Shown here one piece after another: positions 60,951 to 64,000 of a stretch of DNA of 64,000 nucleotides (position 1 is its first letter; every line of letters starts with the position of its first letter). The translations under genes and the position numbers were made by a program. Source of the stretch: Promethearchaeati archaeon SRVP18_Atabeyarchaeia-1 (GTDB lineage Archaea; Asgardarchaeota; Atabeyarchaeia; Atabeyarchaeales; Atabeyarchaeaceae); contig CP147779.1 in NCBI GenBank assembly GCA_037308085.1, positions 2,656,001-2,720,000 of the forward strand. Reading direction: 5' to 3'. The notes beneath the pieces are model-generated. The model had not been told where the DNA came from. It saw nothing but the letters and a program-made list of their open reading frames with translations, and made no database searches.

Positions 60951-61712
60951 TTACGTCGGTTTCGATTGGCTGGGATCTCGCTGCTGCGATTCTTCCAGTA
61001 GTCGTAGCAGGGGAATCTCCCGGATCTGCTTCGCAGAGAGGAGACCCCACGATATTCCCCTTGGCCTCCGCATTTCTGTCCTCGTCTCGATTAGGCGGGT
61101 TGGAGTGGCTATGTAGTCCAGTGGCATATCGTGGCTGGGATCCATTGGGACCCAGACGACAACCTGGAGATCGTGAACCGTTGTGGCTATCGGAGTTGCT
61201 TCAGCTATGCATTTGAATTCCCTAAGTAGGGCGTACTCGAGATCCGAGTACCCGCCGCCCTTCCCTACGCGCCCCCCGCCGACCGTGACCGCCACGGAAC
61301 CAGTGACCTTGAAGTCAATCTTGAGACTGGATGGACCCACGCGTTCTCCGTATTTGAAGGCACCTGAGATTGTTGAAGCCTCAGCGTATTGCCTGGAATT
61401 TATCTCGTCAGGGTTCAGCAGAACAAAGTCTTCTCGCAATCGTGGTGAAGCCATCACGAGCGTCTTGCCTTCCTTCAGTATGATCGAGCGGACCGATCGC
61501 TGAGGAGAGTCGGGGCAACAGAAAACAGTCTTAGCGCCTTTGAAGGCTTCGATTTCCCTGATTTTCTGAGCCGCAAGATCGGCTCCCTCGAAATTGGGTA
61601 TCCTACCATACACGGGTTTTGGGAACCGCGCAACATTAGCCCTCTCCATTTCCGACCAGATCCCTCTCCGTATCTCCTGTTTCTGTCTGCTGATGACGTC
61701 TCCATTTCCCAT
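60951..61712 (-). CDS. 5-formyltetrahydrofolate cyclo-ligase family (MTHFSD-like)
   Basis: GRIPNFEG, PDSPQ, GSVAV, GKGGGYSDLE and HDMPLDYIATP motifs. Confidence 0.9.
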   Translation of the reverse strand: MGNGDVISRQKQEIRRGIWSEMERANVARFPKPVYGRIPNFEGADLAAQKIREIEAFKGAKTVFCCPDSPQRSVRSIILKEGKTLVMASPRLREDFVLLNPDEINSRQYAEASTISGAFKYGERVGPSSLKIDFKVTGSVAVTVGGGRVGKGGGYSDLEYALLREFKCIAEATPIATTVHDLQVVVWVPMDPSHDMPLDYIATPTRLIETRTEMRRPRGISWGLLSAKQIREIPLLRLLEESQQRDPSQSKPT

Positions 61713-61746
61713 AGGTGCAGCCTCCTGCGTGATTATGGGGGACCTT

Positions 61747-62787
61747 TCACGTTTCAGTAGTTACCTTTGTGAGGTTTCGGGGGTTGTCGGGGTTTATCCC
61801 TTTCTTGGCGGCGATATGGGCCGCTAGGAGTTGGAGGGGCACTATGCTTGGTATTGGGGCTAGATGGCGGGCTACCGGCGGGATAAGAATGGTTGAACCA
61901 GCCTTGTCTCCAATAGAAATGGTCGTGGCGCCGGTGGGTCTGATATCTTCAAGAAGCCTTTGCGTAGTGTCATCAGACCTATCCGAATTGGTGAATGCTA
62001 TCAGCGAAGTTCCGGGTTCCAGCATCGACTTTGGGCCGTGTCGAAACTCTGGCGATGGAAACGCCTCCGCGTGCACCAAGGCTGCCTCCTTGAGTTTCAA
62101 GCTTGCCTCGAGGGCGGTTGCGTAGCTAGGTCCGCGCCCGACAATGAAGGCTGATCTATTCTCTTTGAGCTGTTCTGCCAGTTCTTTGATCTTGGGTTCA
62201 GAGGTTCTGATTGTCTCCTCCACCACTGCGGGTATCCTATGCAGTGTTGAAGCACCTGCTTTGTTTTGGCGGAGCGCCTCGGCAAGGCTGAATATCCCTG
62301 CCAATAGCGCCGTGTACGTCTTTGTCATCGGAACTGCTATCTCTTTTCCAGCCTTCGTCACTATAGCATTTTCGCTGAGACCGACAAGCGTGCTCTTCTT
62401 CTCATTGGTGACTGCAAGAACTGAACAGCCATCCTCGAGCGCTTGTCCTACTGCCGTCAGTACATCGCCAGTTTCCCCGGATTGTGAGATGGCGATAATG
62501 ATGTCTCCCGTCTTTCTTGTTTCGAAGTCTCTGAACTCCGACGCAGGGTACGCGACACTTGGAATGCCTGCGCAGACTCTGAGAGCGTGCTTACCCGCTA
62601 TTGCAGCATGGTACGATGTCCCGCAACCAATCAAGAAGATGCTTGACCTATTCTTCTTCCGTTTCGCGTCAAACACTTGGCTGACAGTCTCAGCTTGCAC
62701 AGCTACAGAATCGATTGTTTCGCGAAGAGTTTGCGGCTGTTCCTTGATTTCGCGCAGCATTGCCGACCTACCAACATCCACTGGCAA
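61747..62787 (-). CDS. double-SIS sugar-phosphate isomerase/deglycase (GlmS isomerase-domain-like)
   Basis: EIKEQP, GCGTSYHA, SQSGET, LKLKE, EFRHGP and PRNLTK motifs; no glutaminase domain. Confidence 0.88.
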   Translation of the reverse strand: MPVDVGRSAMLREIKEQPQTLRETIDSVAVQAETVSQVFDAKRKKNRSSIFLIGCGTSYHAAIAGKHALRVCAGIPSVAYPASEFRDFETRKTGDIIIAISQSGETGDVLTAVGQALEDGCSVLAVTNEKKSTLVGLSENAIVTKAGKEIAVPMTKTYTALLAGIFSLAEALRQNKAGASTLHRIPAVVEETIRTSEPKIKELAEQLKENRSAFIVGRGPSYATALEASLKLKEAALVHAEAFPSPEFRHGPKSMLEPGTSLIAFTNSDRSDDTTQRLLEDIRPTGATTISIGDKAGSTILIPPVARHLAPIPSIVPLQLLAAHIAAKKGINPDNPRNLTKVTTET

Positions 62788-62802
62788 TTCTCTTGGTTCA
62801 CC

Positions 62803-64000
62803 TCACCTGCACCAAGCTATTATGACTCCGCATAGGAGCTTTGTTGCGTCTATCAGCTCCTGGACTTCAACACACTCTTCTATCTGGTGAGCAGACGCAT
62901 CCATGTCCCCAGGACCAAACATAACCGCGGGAGTGCCGTGGCCATTGAGATGGTACATGTCGCTCCAAGCTTGGAACCCAATGACCTCCGGCGCGCGACC
63001 TCCGAAGAGAGTTGCGTGGACACTGCTAATAGTCGATACCAAGGGATGGTCGGCGGGCGTACTCGAAGGCGGCAGGTCATAGAGAAACTCAACTTTGGGG
63101 GGATGTTCTTTCAGCCATGGATCATTCTGCGAGTAGTCAAGAACCCATTCTCTGAGTTGCCCCTTAACTCTGGAACCTGCACCCACTTCATCGGCCTCGC
63201 TCGGCAGATATTTCACGTCTATGTCTATAGTACACTTTGGTGGAACTATGTTGACTTGATCCCCTGCCTGGAACTTTCCCGCCAAGATTGTTGGTTTCTC
63301 TAGCAAAGGATGTGGCTCGACATGCTCCCTGCGGTATTGTTCGAGAAGCGATAGCTGGCGCAGAACATCGACGCCTTTCTCAAGCGCGCTGACTCCCTCG
63401 TCCTTTCGTGAGGCGTGAGCGGCTTTGCCTATGATCTCTATTCGACCTATCAAGACGCCCCTGTGTGTGGTGCATATTCTCAGTTTGGTAGGCTCAGCGA
63501 CTATGGCTGCATCGGCAGAGTATCCCTTGGCTGCGCATGCAAGACTTCCATTTCCGCCACCCTCCTCATCGACAACACTCTCAAAAAGGACTTTCCCCTC
63601 AATCACGGTCACCGCCTGCGCGCACTTGGCAGCCATGAGGAGCGCTGCCAAGCCACTCTTCATGTCTGCCGCACCCCTTCCGTAGATCTTGCCTCCGTCA
63701 AGCTCTCCCCCAAACGGGTCATGTTCCCAAAGCTCACGTGGACCTGTGGAGACAGTGTCGATATGACCATTAAGTATGATTGACTTTCCAGCGCCGTGCC
63801 CGAGCATTCCGACAACGTTCTGCCTCCCAGCATACCTGTTCACCCAATCCTGTGTCGGCACGTATCCTCCCAGATCTGCCAGCTTCTCCTCATCGGGCTC
63901 AAATAAGTCGATGTTTCCAAAACCCACTTCTTCCATTTTCTTGGCGATGTATTCCTGTCCCCTTTTCTCGCTTCCGATTCTAAGTGACGGGTTATTTGTC
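62803..64000 (-). CDS. ArgE/DapE-family M20 deacylase, 5' end beyond the window
   Basis: LNGHIDTV, GRGAADMK, VDEE and AHQIEE motifs; frame stays open from 63936 to the edge. Confidence 0.9.
   Translation of the reverse strand, partial: TNNPSLRIGSEKRGQEYIAKKMEEVGFGNIDLFEPDEEKLADLGGYVPTQDWVNRYAGRQNVVGMLGHGAGKSIILNGHIDTVSTGPRELWEHDPFGGELDGGKIYGRGAADMKSGLAALLMAAKCAQAVTVIEGKVLFESVVDEEGGGNGSLACAAKGYSADAAIVAEPTKLRICTTHRGVLIGRIEIIGKAAHASRKDEGVSALEKGVDVLRQLSLLEQYRREHVEPHPLLEKPTILAGKFQAGDQVNIVPPKCTIDIDVKYLPSEADEVGAGSRVKGQLREWVLDYSQNDPWLKEHPPKVEFLYDLPPSSTPADHPLVSTISSVHATLFGGRAPEVIGFQAWSDMYHLNGHGTPAVMFGPGDMDASAHQIEECVEVQELIDATKLLCGVIIAWCR

Noticed and set aside
1-64000. tRNA, rRNA or CRISPR loci
   Set aside because: None recognised by eye; a covariance-model scan would be needed to exclude small RNAs.

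Overview
Archaeal chromosomal segment, visually about 50% GC, with TATA-type promoters, GGAGGTG RBSs and oligo-T terminators. A eukaryote-like type IB topoisomerase, a roadblock/LC7 protein and V4R-like proteins suggest an Asgard- or TACK-related lineage (inference). The first 26 kb is mostly housekeeping or metabolic: top1 (5' part), yjbQ, coaBC, lipS1/lipS2, hflX, dtdA, tldD/pmbA, aminotransferases and pepT, interrupted by a GC-rich tnpB pseudogene. 26-44 kb holds unlinked accessory genes. The main discovery is at 44.5-57.7 kb. A RuBisCO-like protein (form IV) gene that looks twice frameshifted appears instead to carry two tiny bulge-helix-bulge (tRNA-type) introns, 22 nt and 28 nt. Removing them at the canonical BHB cleavage positions gives a 439-aa ORF with the motif GGGIHAHPDG. 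Downstream lies a ~12 kb array of cargo cassettes: three HEPN-MNT pairs, a surface protein, a glycoside hydrolase/transporter block and others. The cassettes are separated by nine diverged, variably 5'-truncated copies of the gene's last exon, most with their own terminator. No integrase is visible in the window.
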